Of a stretch of DNA of 64,000 bases, positions 38,652 through 48,922 are shown piece after piece (within the stretch, counting starts at the first letter, position 1; every line of letters begins with the position of its first letter). This DNA comes from Minisyncoccota bacterium. Lineage in GTDB: Bacteria; Patescibacteriota; Minisyncoccia; Phycocordibacterales; UBA1550. The notes under the pieces are model-generated. The model was not told the origin of the DNA and made no database searches. It saw only the letters and a program-made list of their open reading frames with translations. Both the position numbers and the translations under genes were made by a program. The stretch is taken from contig JBAZWZ010000001.1 in assembly GCA_041660105.1 (NCBI GenBank), positions 64,523-128,522 of the forward strand, given 5' to 3'.

Positions 38652-39302
38652 CTACATTATCCTCTCTCCGCCTTTCCCCCCTACCCCATCGTGGTTTTCA
38701 TAAATATACTGAGGGCAGTTTTCACCAAGGTCGCAGGTCTTTTGCGCATACACACTATCGATGATTTTTGCAACAAGCTCCTTGGGACTCTCGTCAAAAA
38801 TAACTACACCTTCTTCTTTGCGATGACTCTTCTCAAGCATATTTTCGAGGATCTCATCCATCTCCCACGGACCACGGAGAACACCGATTGCTTTATGATC
38901 TTCAAACGCAATAGTGAATTCATTCACCGTACCAATACGCCCACAACCAACAATAACCGCATCCGATGCGCGCGTAAGGAGAAGGTTGCGACCAGAGTAT
39001 CCGAAGCCTGTGTAAATAATAATGTCCAAATAGTCGAGGGGGAGACCATAAGTGTCGACGTGCTCACGCTCTGTCGACGCTGGAGACATCCCGATAGAGA
39101 TACCACCTTCTTCCTTTGCTCCCATCGCAGCCCAAAGAGGAAATCCTGTCGTTGCTCCGGTCACGAGGATCCCTCCCTGTCGTACGATCTCTCGTCCAAG
39201 CTCCTTTGCGCTGTCAATCGCCCCATCGCCACAGTGGGTTGTGTCGGCTGCTCCTGATATACAAATCTTTATTTTAGTATGCTGGTGTTTTTCGTTTCCC
39301 AT
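38652..39302 (-). CDS. TIGR00725/LOG-like Rossmann-fold protein
   Basis: ICISGAAD…GGILVTGATTG…PLW pattern. Confidence 0.45.
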   Translation of the reverse strand: MGNEKHQHTKIKICISGAADTTHCGDGAIDSAKELGREIVRQGGILVTGATTGFPLWAAMGAKEEGGISIGMSPASTEREHVDTYGLPLDYLDIIIYTGFGYSGRNLLLTRASDAVIVGCGRIGTVNEFTIAFEDHKAIGVLRGPWEMDEILENMLEKSHRKEEGVVIFDESPKELVAKIIDSVYAQKTCDLGENCPQYIYENHDGVGGKGGERIM

Positions 39303-39334
39303 AATATTGTTTCGCTAGTATACCCCCTTTGCTA

Positions 39335-40726
39335 CTAAAAGTCGATTTCTACTTCATCCCCTGACTTTGGCACACGAGCATCAACCCCGAGATAATCACG
39401 AACACGCTGAGCGAAGAAGAGTCCAGCACCTAACTCTGCGTGGACCACAAAAACCTTCTTCACCGAAGCTTGCATTTGTGTCACGTACTCGATGAGCGCA
39501 TTCATATCTTTGTGTGCTGAGTAACCCTGAAGCGTAATTACTTTTGCTTTGACGGGAACATCCTCATCAAAAATTCTCACACTCTTTGCGCCCTCTTGAA
39601 GTGCACGTCCTGTCGTACCGACCGCTTGGTACCCGACGAGGAGAAGTGTGTTATTGGGATCAGGGAGATAGTTGCGTTCGTGATGCATCACGCGTCCACC
39701 GTTTGACATACCAGAGCCCGCAATAATAACCTTTGGGTTTGGAACATCCTTTATCGCGATAGAATCTTGTGAGCGCTCGGTAAAGCGAAGTTTTGGGAAT
39801 TTAAAAATATCATCTCCCCCCCTCATCGCTTCTTGAATCTGCGCGTTGAAATATGCGGAGTTTTCGCTAAATACTTTTGTAACCTTAATGGCAAGTGGGG
39901 AATCCACAAAAACAGGTACTTCGGGGATTTTTCCCCCCTCGACCATCCCATTGATTTCAAAAAGAAGATCTTGTGTGCGCTCGATAGAAAATGCAGGAAT
40001 AACAAGAACTCCCTTGTGATTAATAGTATCCATAATCACATCCTTGAGACGGTTCGCTCTCTCTTCAAGGTCCATATGCACTCGGTCGCCATACACTGCT
40101 TCCATTACGAGATAGTCGACATCCGTAAGAAGAGCCGTGTCAGGCATAAGCACTGAGGAACTTCCGAGGTCACCAGAGAAGATGAGCTTCTTGTCATTGT
40201 GCACCATCTCGACCATCGCTGAGCCAAGGATGTGCCCCGCATCGCGAAAGCGAACATGAAGATCGTTTTTAAAAATTACATCTTGGTCATACGGAATAGC
40301 CTCCCAATGTGCAAATGCTCTATCAACCGCATCTTGATGATACAGAGGCTCGTGCTCATCTGCCTTTGCTTCACGTGCGATAACATTGAGCGTGTCTTCA
40401 AGCATAAGCTTCGCGATAGCACGTGTGGGCGGGGTAGAATAAATCTTACCTTTGAAACCCTCGTTCATAAGCTTGGGGATACGTCCGACGTGATCGAGGT
40501 GAGCATGCGTTACAAAAAGCGCATCGATGTTTGGTACGTCGTAGGGAAACGGCTCATTGTTTTTGTCATCACAAACCTTCACCCCCTGGAAAAATCCGCA
40601 GTCAATCATTACACTCACCCCCTCTCCCTCAAGTATGTGATTTGACCCTGTCACCTCCCCTGCTGCTCCGTAAAATTTTAGTTTCATTTTTTGATAATTT
40701 ATTTTTTTAATTTCATCCACCACCAC
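39335..40726 (-). CDS. Beta-CASP family metallo-beta-lactamase ribonuclease (RNase J-like)
   Basis: HAHLDHVG motif, with beta-CASP and C-terminal domains. The protein is 463 aa. Confidence 0.7.
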   Translation of the reverse strand: MVVDEIKKINYQKMKLKFYGAAGEVTGSNHILEGEGVSVMIDCGFFQGVKVCDDKNNEPFPYDVPNIDALFVTHAHLDHVGRIPKLMNEGFKGKIYSTPPTRAIAKLMLEDTLNVIAREAKADEHEPLYHQDAVDRAFAHWEAIPYDQDVIFKNDLHVRFRDAGHILGSAMVEMVHNDKKLIFSGDLGSSSVLMPDTALLTDVDYLVMEAVYGDRVHMDLEERANRLKDVIMDTINHKGVLVIPAFSIERTQDLLFEINGMVEGGKIPEVPVFVDSPLAIKVTKVFSENSAYFNAQIQEAMRGGDDIFKFPKLRFTERSQDSIAIKDVPNPKVIIAGSGMSNGGRVMHHERNYLPDPNNTLLLVGYQAVGTTGRALQEGAKSVRIFDEDVPVKAKVITLQGYSAHKDMNALIEYVTQMQASVKKVFVVHAELGAGLFFAQRVRDYLGVDARVPKSGDEVEIDF

Positions 40727-41103
40727 ACAAGCACAGCCATCGTCGTACCTCCTAGTATATCAAATAAAAGGTCACCTAGGGTATCGAGAATATCATTCAT
40801 ATACCCAACGGTAAAAAGACTGACTACTGCTTCAAATACTTCCCACAGGAGTCCTATGCCAAAAGCCACAAAGATGCTCACGGTCAAAATAGGCAGAAGT
40901 GTGTGTGGCTCTAAACCTTTTCTAAAATAAAAATACCAGATTGCCATTCCGCCAAGCCACACCCCTCCCGCAAAGTGCATTGGCATATCAAACCAGCGGT
41001 AAATCCAGTACCAACTGTGGGTTTCTGCAAGAGCATTCGCAATAGCAATAACAATGAGGAGAAAAGTGAGCGAAATAGGGATTTGGGGAGCCTTCGGTTT
41101 CAT
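40699..41103 (-). CDS. Hypothetical polytopic membrane protein
   Basis: 134 aa with four TM segments. Confidence 0.4.
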   Translation of the reverse strand: MKPKAPQIPISLTFLLIVIAIANALAETHSWYWIYRWFDMPMHFAGGVWLGGMAIWYFYFRKGLEPHTLLPILTVSIFVAFGIGLLWEVFEAVVSLFTVGYMNDILDTLGDLLFDILGGTTMAVLVWWWMKLKK

Positions 41104-41146
41104 AATTGTAATTATATCACACTGAACATTGAATATACTCTGCTCA

Positions 41147-41270
41147 TTTTACGTGCAAGATTGGATACGATTCTAGGCGCCCATAAAATTTCTGACTAAG
41201 GTGTATATAAATACTCCGCAGGAAGAAATTTTATGGGGAACAACGAAGCGTGCCAATCTTGCACGTAAAA
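41147..41270. repeat. Nested inverted repeat (18-bp outer arms, 14-bp inner arms, 30-nt loop)
   Basis: ttttacgtgcaagattgg…cccataaaatttct…agaaattttatggg…ccaatcttgcacgtaaaa. Confidence 0.65.
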
Positions 41271-41483
41271 TTGAAAAAGCCCCTATGCAGGGGCATAGTG
41301 GCTTTTACTCAGGGATACTGGAGGTATTGACCCTAGATTACTCTAGGTGGGTGCCCGCAATCATACACCAAGGCGTATGAAAATATGAGGCTCCCGTGTC
41401 AATAGCTTAGGAGACAATACCTACAATGTCCCTACTACAATAATAGCGCACGCCTAAACTTTTGCAATGTTGCTTTTTCATTA

Positions 41484-41517
41484 CAAAACAAAAACCTTGC
41501 CTTAAGCAAGGTTTTTG
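41484..41517 (-). terminator. Intrinsic terminator of ndk (minus)
   Basis: aaaccttgc cttaa gcaaggttt with a T-run on the minus strand. Confidence 0.65.
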
Positions 41518-41544
41518 TTAAACACACAAGGATACTTCAAGAGA

Positions 41545-42021
41545 TTAAAATGATTCGTCGGCGTAAACAAAATCAAAGTTCGACTTCTTGTAGTCAAAAA
41601 TTTCCTCCTTCTTAAAGAATCGCGCTACTTCTGCCTTGCCATTCTCTACTGAGTCTGACGAGTGAACAACGTTTGACTGAATCGAGAGCGAAAGGTCTCC
41701 TCGGATACTCCCTGCATCTGCGTCAAAACCCTTGGTTGGACCAACAATGATACGTGTTGCTGAAACTGCGTTGATGCCTGAGAGCACCATCACTACCACA
41801 GGGGTCGCCTTCATAAAGTCCCTAATTCCTGCGAAAAATGGCTTATCCGCAATGTGCGCATAATGAGCCTCGAGAAGAGCGTCCTCAAGCTGAATCATCT
41901 TCATTCCCACAATATTCAACCCCTTACGCTCAAAACGGGTTGTAATCTCTCCCAAAAGCCCACGCTCCATTGCGTCTGGCTTTACAATAATAAGTACCTG
42001 CTCTTCCTTTGGATGTGCCAT
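41545..42021 (-). CDS. ndk: Nucleoside diphosphate kinase
   Basis: The protein opens MAHPKEEQVLIIVKPD and retains the active-site His in the NVVHSSDS motif. Confidence 0.9.
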   Translation of the reverse strand: MAHPKEEQVLIIVKPDAMERGLLGEITTRFERKGLNIVGMKMIQLEDALLEAHYAHIADKPFFAGIRDFMKATPVVVMVLSGINAVSATRIIVGPTKGFDADAGSIRGDLSLSIQSNVVHSSDSVENGKAEVARFFKKEEIFDYKKSNFDFVYADESF

Positions 42022-42223
42022 GATTGATTTTTAAGGAGCAAAGCGACTATAAAAATCATCACCCTGTTAAATGACTTTCACTTCAGTGAAAGTCCCTGCT
42101 TTGCAGGATTTAACTGGGGTTTGAAATACAACCACCTACTCCTATTAATTAACTATTAAGATTGAGCCATTCTAGCAGAAAAACACCCCGCGGACAACAA
42201 ACATCGGGTTTTTTCTGAAAATT

Positions 42224-44998
42224 TTAGCTTCGATATCTCCCCATAATCTCTGCTTCCACTTCCTCACGCGGTGCGCCGTATTTCAAATACGAAAGTTGTT
42301 TCAGTTGCTCTGCGTAGGCGACGTTGCCTTGCTCAAGTGGGAAAGTTTCAATATTGAATGGTTTTGCTGGCTGACCATTCACCAGCATACTGACGTACGC
42401 ATTGCGGTTGTCGAGTTTGGTAATATCAGAAGCGCTAAAGGTCGGTGCAAATTTCTTTTCCAAATATTCTGCATCCTCAGGCCCCACACGGAAGACTGCC
42501 ATATTGCCGACGTTACCAAAGACTGCATTTTTGATTTCTTCTGAGAGCTGGGAGATGTACTGATGCGCGACGTTGAGCGATAAGCGATACTTGCGAGCCT
42601 CGGAGAGAATAGTCGCGATGGATGGCGTCGTGACATTTTGGAATTCGTCGATGTATAGATAAAAATCATTTGGCTTTTCAGCAGAACCAAACATGTCTAC
42701 ACGCGAAAGCGCTGCCATAGTAATCTTGCCGACAAGCACAAGTCCAATAAGGTTGGCGTTGATATCACCGAGGCGACCCTTGGAGAGGTTCACAAGAAGA
42801 ATCTTTTTGTCGTCCATTATTTGTCTGAAGTTGAGGACTGACTTTTGCTGAAGCACTACGGGACGCATAATTTCGTTGGAAATAAATGGGTCGAACTTGC
42901 TTGAGATGTATGGCACGAAGTTGGCCAAACCTTGATCCCCCGTCGTCTTCTCGGCGCTCTCCCAGAACTGCAAGATGATTGGGTTCTTACACTTCGTGAG
43001 TTTCATATCACGGAAGGCTTTGTCTGAAAGCACGCGCGTAATTTCAAGGAGTGTGCTCCCTGATGAAGTGTCTTCCATCACGAGAGCTGCGGCATTGCGG
43101 AAGTAGAGCTCAAACATCGCCCCTCCACCCACCTTCATATCAAAGAGTTGATTAAAGATGTTCATCATTTCGTTCACGACGAAAGTCTTCTGCTCTGGGT
43201 AACGCTCATCGTACTCGAGCATATTGAGACCCATTGGGCGCGCCGTGTATGAAGGGTCAAAGTAAATCACATCGTCCGCACGCTCAGGAGGAATGAGCGA
43301 GAGAATATCTTGCACATCAGAACCGTGTGGGTCGATGAAGCAGACGCCGTCGCCGTTTTTGATATCCTGCATAATCATCGTCTTCAAAATATGCGACTTA
43401 CCCGTACCTGTCTGACCGATGACATACATATGACGCACACGTTCGTCGCGACCCATACGCACGAGGGTCTCTTTGTTGTGATAAATATTTTTTCCGAGGA
43501 TGATGCCGTCTTCTGACATCCCCGTAGGCGCTGGAGCAACACCTGCCTTTGCCTCCTTGAGCTCAGCAGAAGAAACCGTTGTCACAGGGAAATGGAACAT
43601 CGTCGCAAGCTCGCGGAGATTGAGTGGGAAACTTTCGTTATCCATAAACATACGGAAGCTAAAATGATAAATCTCCTCCATAAGTCCATGACCGCCTGGC
43701 TGACGCTTCCACTTGATAGCGTTTGCTTGTGGCTTGCCAAATTGGTTGAAGGAGCTTTCCACTTCGTTCAGCATCGACTCTGCGCGCTCTGCTGTTTGCG
43801 CTGAAGCTATGATACGAATGTTCGTGTCAACAATTGGTGACGCAATCTTCGCTTCGATATTTTTTACAGCATCTGCATCGACAGGCTCTTCCTTCTTTTC
43901 TTTTTCTCCGAAGAAAATTCCTTTTGCAGCACTCGCAAACTCACTCACAATTTGCGCCCCGGTGCTCTTGAGCGCATCTTTTGGTTTCACTCCTTTTTTA
44001 ATCTGCTCAAGCACTCCTTGATAGCGCGTATTAAAAAGTTTACCCGAAGGACGAATGATGAACTGCACCGCAACCCCTTCTCCATCTTTGTTTGTCTTTG
44101 AGAATGTTGAGAGGAGAACATTGAGAGGGTCTTGCGTGAACTCCTCGAAAGTACGGAGAGCATAAGCTGCCTCACCTGCTGGCTCTGCGTACGAAGCGAG
44201 GCTTACCCCGCCTTCGTTGAAGGGATTGTAGTCTTCACGATGCTCTGAGAGCTTCGCATCTGGATAAACTGCGAGCACCTGCTTCTCAAAAAGGTCTGCG
44301 TGCTCGAGAGGTACGGCTGAATAAAATACAATCTGCTCACTAAAGTTTGAAAGCGCGAGCTCAAGGGTAAAATAATTTCTCACCGTGCCATAATCCGCTC
44401 GTGTGTTTTCGATAGAAAGCATACCCGCATAGAGGTGCTCCATTCCCGACACAAGCTGCGCAACCTCACGCTTCTCCCCCTTGGGGTCGATAGGAGGAAG
44501 TGTCACTTCATAGAGACGCATTTTGAGAGCGCGAGCGATTTCCTTCTCCTTCATAATCCCCGGCACATCCCCTGTCTCAATAAGGAGCTGCACGAGCATA
44601 CGATGAAAGTCGTCCTCGATATGTGGGTTACCCAATTTCTCAAGAATCGAGAGAGCGTTCTTGATACCCTTCGTATTCATAATTTGTAAAAGCTGGTCGA
44701 TAGCTTCCTTGTGTTCAACCCCGAGCTTCACGACATTGGTCTCAAGCTCGTTAACTTTCATCTGATAACTCTTGTCGAGGACAGTGGCAACGGGCGCTGC
44801 CTTGTACTCAGCTATTTTTTCCTGCGCTATCTTTTCTTTCTGCTCAGCAATCTGCTCTGGCGAGCTCGCTCCTGGTGTAAGCTCACGCTCCCTCTCTGCA
44901 ATCTGCGCACGCAAAAAAACAACTTCCTCTTCAGGTGACCTAAACTGCTTGCCAATAGTGCCGTATTCGGGGTTCATGTTGAATATATTGTAACACAA
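42224..44998 (-). CDS. Large P-loop NTPase, HerA/VirB4/TraG-like (DUF87-type) with about 480-aa N-terminal domain
   Basis: Walker A is GQTGTGKSH. Walker B is LYIDEFQNV. ARKYRLSLNVAHQ resembles the HerA/FtsK family. No TM segment was seen. Confidence 0.55.
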   Translation of the reverse strand: MCYNIFNMNPEYGTIGKQFRSPEEEVVFLRAQIAERERELTPGASSPEQIAEQKEKIAQEKIAEYKAAPVATVLDKSYQMKVNELETNVVKLGVEHKEAIDQLLQIMNTKGIKNALSILEKLGNPHIEDDFHRMLVQLLIETGDVPGIMKEKEIARALKMRLYEVTLPPIDPKGEKREVAQLVSGMEHLYAGMLSIENTRADYGTVRNYFTLELALSNFSEQIVFYSAVPLEHADLFEKQVLAVYPDAKLSEHREDYNPFNEGGVSLASYAEPAGEAAYALRTFEEFTQDPLNVLLSTFSKTNKDGEGVAVQFIIRPSGKLFNTRYQGVLEQIKKGVKPKDALKSTGAQIVSEFASAAKGIFFGEKEKKEEPVDADAVKNIEAKIASPIVDTNIRIIASAQTAERAESMLNEVESSFNQFGKPQANAIKWKRQPGGHGLMEEIYHFSFRMFMDNESFPLNLRELATMFHFPVTTVSSAELKEAKAGVAPAPTGMSEDGIILGKNIYHNKETLVRMGRDERVRHMYVIGQTGTGKSHILKTMIMQDIKNGDGVCFIDPHGSDVQDILSLIPPERADDVIYFDPSYTARPMGLNMLEYDERYPEQKTFVVNEMMNIFNQLFDMKVGGGAMFELYFRNAAALVMEDTSSGSTLLEITRVLSDKAFRDMKLTKCKNPIILQFWESAEKTTGDQGLANFVPYISSKFDPFISNEIMRPVVLQQKSVLNFRQIMDDKKILLVNLSKGRLGDINANLIGLVLVGKITMAALSRVDMFGSAEKPNDFYLYIDEFQNVTTPSIATILSEARKYRLSLNVAHQYISQLSEEIKNAVFGNVGNMAVFRVGPEDAEYLEKKFAPTFSASDITKLDNRNAYVSMLVNGQPAKPFNIETFPLEQGNVAYAEQLKQLSYLKYGAPREEVEAEIMGRYRS

Positions 44999-45019
44999 AA
45001 ACCCCTATCAAAACCACGA

Positions 45020-45502
45020 CTACAAGATTTGAGCTTTTCTTTCCTTCGTACGAATCACAATAGATATAACCAATGCGGTCAAAAATAGTAGAGACCCATA
45101 GAAACATGGCGTCACAAAAGGACTCGAAGCAGGAACCCCGGAGCATCCAACACCCTGCCCAGGGAGGGCTGTATAAAAACGATACGCAAGGATGCCAAAG
45201 TTTGACCACGCAAACGCAGTACCCGCCGAGAGAAATACCATAAGAAATTTCTGACTTTTAATTCGTACTGCGTCTTCTTTGCCCACGAGCCAGACAGCCC
45301 ACGCAAAGGCAACCATAAATGCTATCGCCCCATAGAAACACGGCGTGGTGACGGGGTTTGGGAAAAGACAATTATCCACCTTGAGCAACGTCCCCTCTGA
45401 ACGATAAAATCGCATAAAGTCTATAACCACGGTCGTCCATGAAAAAATAACCCCTGCAAGAAGCGCGTACACCTGAAGCCAATATACTTTTTTATTATTC
45501 AT
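45020..45502 (-). CDS. Membrane protein with internal duplication (…TPCFYGA… / …TPCFYGS…)
   Basis: Two similar halves each end in PCFYG followed by a TM segment. Confidence 0.4.
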   Translation of the reverse strand: MNNKKVYWLQVYALLAGVIFSWTTVVIDFMRFYRSEGTLLKVDNCLFPNPVTTPCFYGAIAFMVAFAWAVWLVGKEDAVRIKSQKFLMVFLSAGTAFAWSNFGILAYRFYTALPGQGVGCSGVPASSPFVTPCFYGSLLFLTALVISIVIRTKERKAQIL

Positions 45503-45514
45503 ATAGTAAATGAT

Positions 45515-46297
45515 TTATTTCAATTCCCTCTTCGTCAAAACTTCAGGTGCACCGTCGGTGATGAGGATTGTGTGCTCGAAATGCGCGCTGCGCTTATGGT
45601 CGCGCGTCACAAATGTGTAACCGTCAGGAAGCAATTTAATATAGCGCGTTCCCTCATTCACAATAGGCTCGAGAGCGATGACCATTCCTGGCTTCAACTT
45701 CATCCCCTGCCCACGGTCGCCATAGTTTGAGATGTGTGGATCTTCGTGTTGCGCATATCCGACACCGTGCCCACCGAGCTCCTCCACGACGACAAACTTG
45801 CTGTGGTCCTTCACATATTTCTCAATAGCATAACCAATGTCACCGACGGTGTTGCCACCACGTGATGCATCGATTGCTGCAATAAGCGCACCCTCTGTCG
45901 TCGCAATAAGTTGCTTTGCAATATCATCTATTTCTCCCACGGGCACCGTGAGCGCCGAGTCAGTAAAAAGACCTTTGTGCTTGAGTCCTGTATCAATACC
46001 GACAATGTCCCCTTCTTGGAGAACACGATTACCCCCGATACCATGCACAATCTCGTCGTTCACCGAAATACAGAGTGTCCCTGGGTACGGGATGATCATC
46101 CCCTCTGGTGTGTAGTGGAGAAACGCTGGTTCATCCCCGCCGTCTCTCATAAGCTTCTCCGCCATCTTGTCGAGCTCTCCCGTAGTGACACCTGGCTTTG
46201 CAGCGTCACGGAGTGCGGACAAAATGCGCGCGAGGCGCTTGCCTCCTTCACGCATAATCTCAATCTCCTCTCCAGTTTTTATAAACCCCGTTTTCAT
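45515..46297 (-). CDS. map: Methionine aminopeptidase type I
   Basis: It has a pita-bread fold and the conserved metal ligands (…HGIG…). It lies downstream of adk. Confidence 0.9.
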   Translation of the reverse strand: MKTGFIKTGEEIEIMREGGKRLARILSALRDAAKPGVTTGELDKMAEKLMRDGGDEPAFLHYTPEGMIIPYPGTLCISVNDEIVHGIGGNRVLQEGDIVGIDTGLKHKGLFTDSALTVPVGEIDDIAKQLIATTEGALIAAIDASRGGNTVGDIGYAIEKYVKDHSKFVVVEELGGHGVGYAQHEDPHISNYGDRGQGMKLKPGMVIALEPIVNEGTRYIKLLPDGYTFVTRDHKRSAHFEHTILITDGAPEVLTKRELK

Positions 46298-46382
46298 AAA
46301 AAATTATAAATGTCTAATGTTAAATTTTTAAATAATGTTTAGGTGCAGTTTCTAAAATATAAATTTATTTTAAAATTAAAAA

Positions 46383-46985
46383 TTAAGAATTTGAAATTTT
46401 AAGGCACTTAATAACATCATTAAATACTTCATCAGGGGTTTGCTCGCCATTGATTTCACAAAACCGGTACCCTGAAGCAGTGCGGTAATACTCGATTGTT
46501 GGAACAACGTCTTTTGTAAAAAATGCGAGTCTGCGAGCAATTACTTCAGGATTCAGGTCGTCAGCGCGACCGCGTCCCCGAAGATGATCTTCTGCCCACT
46601 TTTCTGAAACATTTATAAAAATAATCGCGGGGTTATTGCGCTTATAAAAAGAAAAAGCGGTGTCAAGAATCTTTGCTTCTTCGAGGGCGCGGGGTGCCCC
46701 GTCAAAGATAATGTGTTCGTTGCCATGCAATCTCTCAATAAACATATGCGACCAAATCCACACTGCCAGAAAATCCGGCTGACGGCCTCCTTCGTCATTA
46801 ATTTTTCGCGCAAGGTCCCACGTGTGCCCTGTGTCATTGATATGCTGACGAAAATGATCCCCTGTCTCGAAATACAGAATGGGTGTGCCGGGAGAACGCT
46901 CCCTAATATAATTTTTGATCATTTCTGATTGCGTCCCCTTCCCTGAACCCGAACGCCCTATGAAGATTACTGTTTGAAGTTCCAT
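46383..46985 (-). CDS. adk: Adenylate kinase-like nucleotide kinase
   Basis: GRSGSGKGTQ P-loop. It sits in the canonical secY-adk-map position. Confidence 0.75.
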   Translation of the reverse strand: MELQTVIFIGRSGSGKGTQSEMIKNYIRERSPGTPILYFETGDHFRQHINDTGHTWDLARKINDEGGRQPDFLAVWIWSHMFIERLHGNEHIIFDGAPRALEEAKILDTAFSFYKRNNPAIIFINVSEKWAEDHLRGRGRADDLNPEVIARRLAFFTKDVVPTIEYYRTASGYRFCEINGEQTPDEVFNDVIKCLKISNS

Positions 46986-47140
46986 AGTGAGAGTGTATCA
47001 CAAAATGCAGGACAGAGGGAACACTTGGGACAAGGGGAACAAAAATGCACAAAAAATTTGAAACGCACCGTCGCGTAGCGGCGGTGCGTTTCTTTGTTCC
47101 CCCTGTTCCCCTTGTCCCAAACGTTACCCTTTTGTCCCCC

Positions 47141-48412
47141 TTAGTACTCGCGCATCGTAATCTGCGCATCAATCTTCTTCACAAGATCGAGAACTACAGA
47201 AACGATAATAAGGAGTGCGGTACCACCAATCGAGAGGCTCGCAATCTGTGTGAGGTTTTGCATTACGAGTGGCAATACTGCGATCAAGCCGAGGAACACT
47301 GCCCCCACGAGCGTGATGCGGGTAAGAATCTTCGCGAGATACTCTGCGGTAGGCACACCAGGACGAATACCAGGAATGAACGCGCCGTTCTTCTGAAGGT
47401 TGTTTGAGATAGCCTCAGGGTCAAATGTAACCGCTGTATAGAAGAATGTAAAGATAAACACGAGGATAAAGTAAAGTGCTCCGTTTACCCAGCCGTTTGC
47501 AAGAATCTTCTGAACAAAGAGTGCGACAGCTTGAACAGTACCGTTACTCATTGTTGAGAGTGCGTTGGCAATCACGGTTGGAAAAACCAAAATCGACATC
47601 GCGAAAATGATAGGGATAACTCCAGCCTGATTTACACGGAGAGGAAGGTAGGTCATCGTGCCACCTGTCGTGTGCCCTCCACGAACCTGCTTTGCATAGG
47701 TTACAGGCACGGGACGCTCTGCCTCAGTCATATAGACCACTGCCAAAATGAGGAGCACGGTCGATACGAGCGCAGCAAGGAGCACAGGAATCTGTGTTAC
47801 ATCAAATGTATAAATGAGTTCCCCAATTGCTGAAGGAATTCTCGAAACGATACCTGCGAAAATGATGAGAGAAACACCATTACCAATACCAAACTCTGAG
47901 ATGAGCTCGCCAATCCACATAAGGAGGATAGAACCTGCAGCTACGATAATAGTGTTCGTAAGAATCTCAAACGGAGTAAGCCCTGTGAGGATACCACGTT
48001 GCATCAAATATGCGAGGAGCCCATAAGCCTGAAGAAATGAGAGCGGGACAGCGAGCATGCGTGAGTACTGAGTCATCTTACGACGACCAATCTCCCCTTC
48101 CTCGGTCTGCATCTGCTTGATCTTTGGCGACATCATCGTCAAAAGCTGCATAATAATCGATGCGGTAATATATGGGCCAACGCCAGCCATCACGATAGAT
48201 ACTGCAGAAAGTCCACCTCCGGTGAGAAGGTTCAAAAATCCAAGCGCCTGATCGTTTGCGAGGAGTGCAGAAAGGTTTTGCCCCGCTGCTGCAGGAATAG
48301 GAATGTTCGCGAGCAAACGGAAGATTACGAGAGCACCGAGTACAAAGAGCACGCGATTACGCAATGTTGCGTCCTGCACAATCATCTTTAGCTTACGAAG
48401 TAGTGTTTCCAT
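47141..48412 (-). CDS. secY: Preprotein translocase subunit SecY
   Basis: 423 aa with 10 TM segments and SecY motifs. Confidence 0.9.
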   Translation of the reverse strand: METLLRKLKMIVQDATLRNRVLFVLGALVIFRLLANIPIPAAAGQNLSALLANDQALGFLNLLTGGGLSAVSIVMAGVGPYITASIIMQLLTMMSPKIKQMQTEEGEIGRRKMTQYSRMLAVPLSFLQAYGLLAYLMQRGILTGLTPFEILTNTIIVAAGSILLMWIGELISEFGIGNGVSLIIFAGIVSRIPSAIGELIYTFDVTQIPVLLAALVSTVLLILAVVYMTEAERPVPVTYAKQVRGGHTTGGTMTYLPLRVNQAGVIPIIFAMSILVFPTVIANALSTMSNGTVQAVALFVQKILANGWVNGALYFILVFIFTFFYTAVTFDPEAISNNLQKNGAFIPGIRPGVPTAEYLAKILTRITLVGAVFLGLIAVLPLVMQNLTQIASLSIGGTALLIIVSVVLDLVKKIDAQITMREY

Positions 48413-48458
48413 GGAATTTTGTATTTTCTTTAAGACTTTCGACTTTCAACTTTAAGAC

Positions 48459-48905
48459 TTACTTCACGCTTCCTCCAAGCTTCTCAACTGCGGCCTTTGC
48501 ACTCGCTGAAATCAAACATCCACGAATGTCGAGCTTCTTGTCAAACTCGCCTGATGCGAGAATCTTTACAATAGGAACCTTGTTCCCCCTCTTCTCTACG
48601 AGTGCGTGCTCAAGGAGAACCTTTGGCGTAACACGATCACCGTTCTTAAACTCAAGACTGAGAACGCCGAGATTGAGAACAATATAGTGAACTGACTCAG
48701 TCTTAAACTGATTGCGTGATACACCTTCTCCGCGGAGCTTTGGAAGCTTCTTGATGGTGTCGCGCATCTGAGGACGCTTGTGAGTATTGGAGCGTGCATT
48801 CTGACCCTTGGTACCACGACCAGATGTCTTGCCACGCTTTCCGCCACGTCCAACAACCTTCTTTACGGCGCGGGGTGTTCTTGTTTTTACTTCGTGTGCT
48901 TGCAT
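48459..48905 (-). CDS. rplO: 50S ribosomal protein L15
   Basis: GRGGKRGKTSGRGTKGQ. Confidence 0.9.
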   Translation of the reverse strand: MQAHEVKTRTPRAVKKVVGRGGKRGKTSGRGTKGQNARSNTHKRPQMRDTIKKLPKLRGEGVSRNQFKTESVHYIVLNLGVLSLEFKNGDRVTPKVLLEHALVEKRGNKVPIVKILASGEFDKKLDIRGCLISASAKAAVEKLGGSVK

Positions 48906-48922
48906 AATAGTATTGTTAAAAA

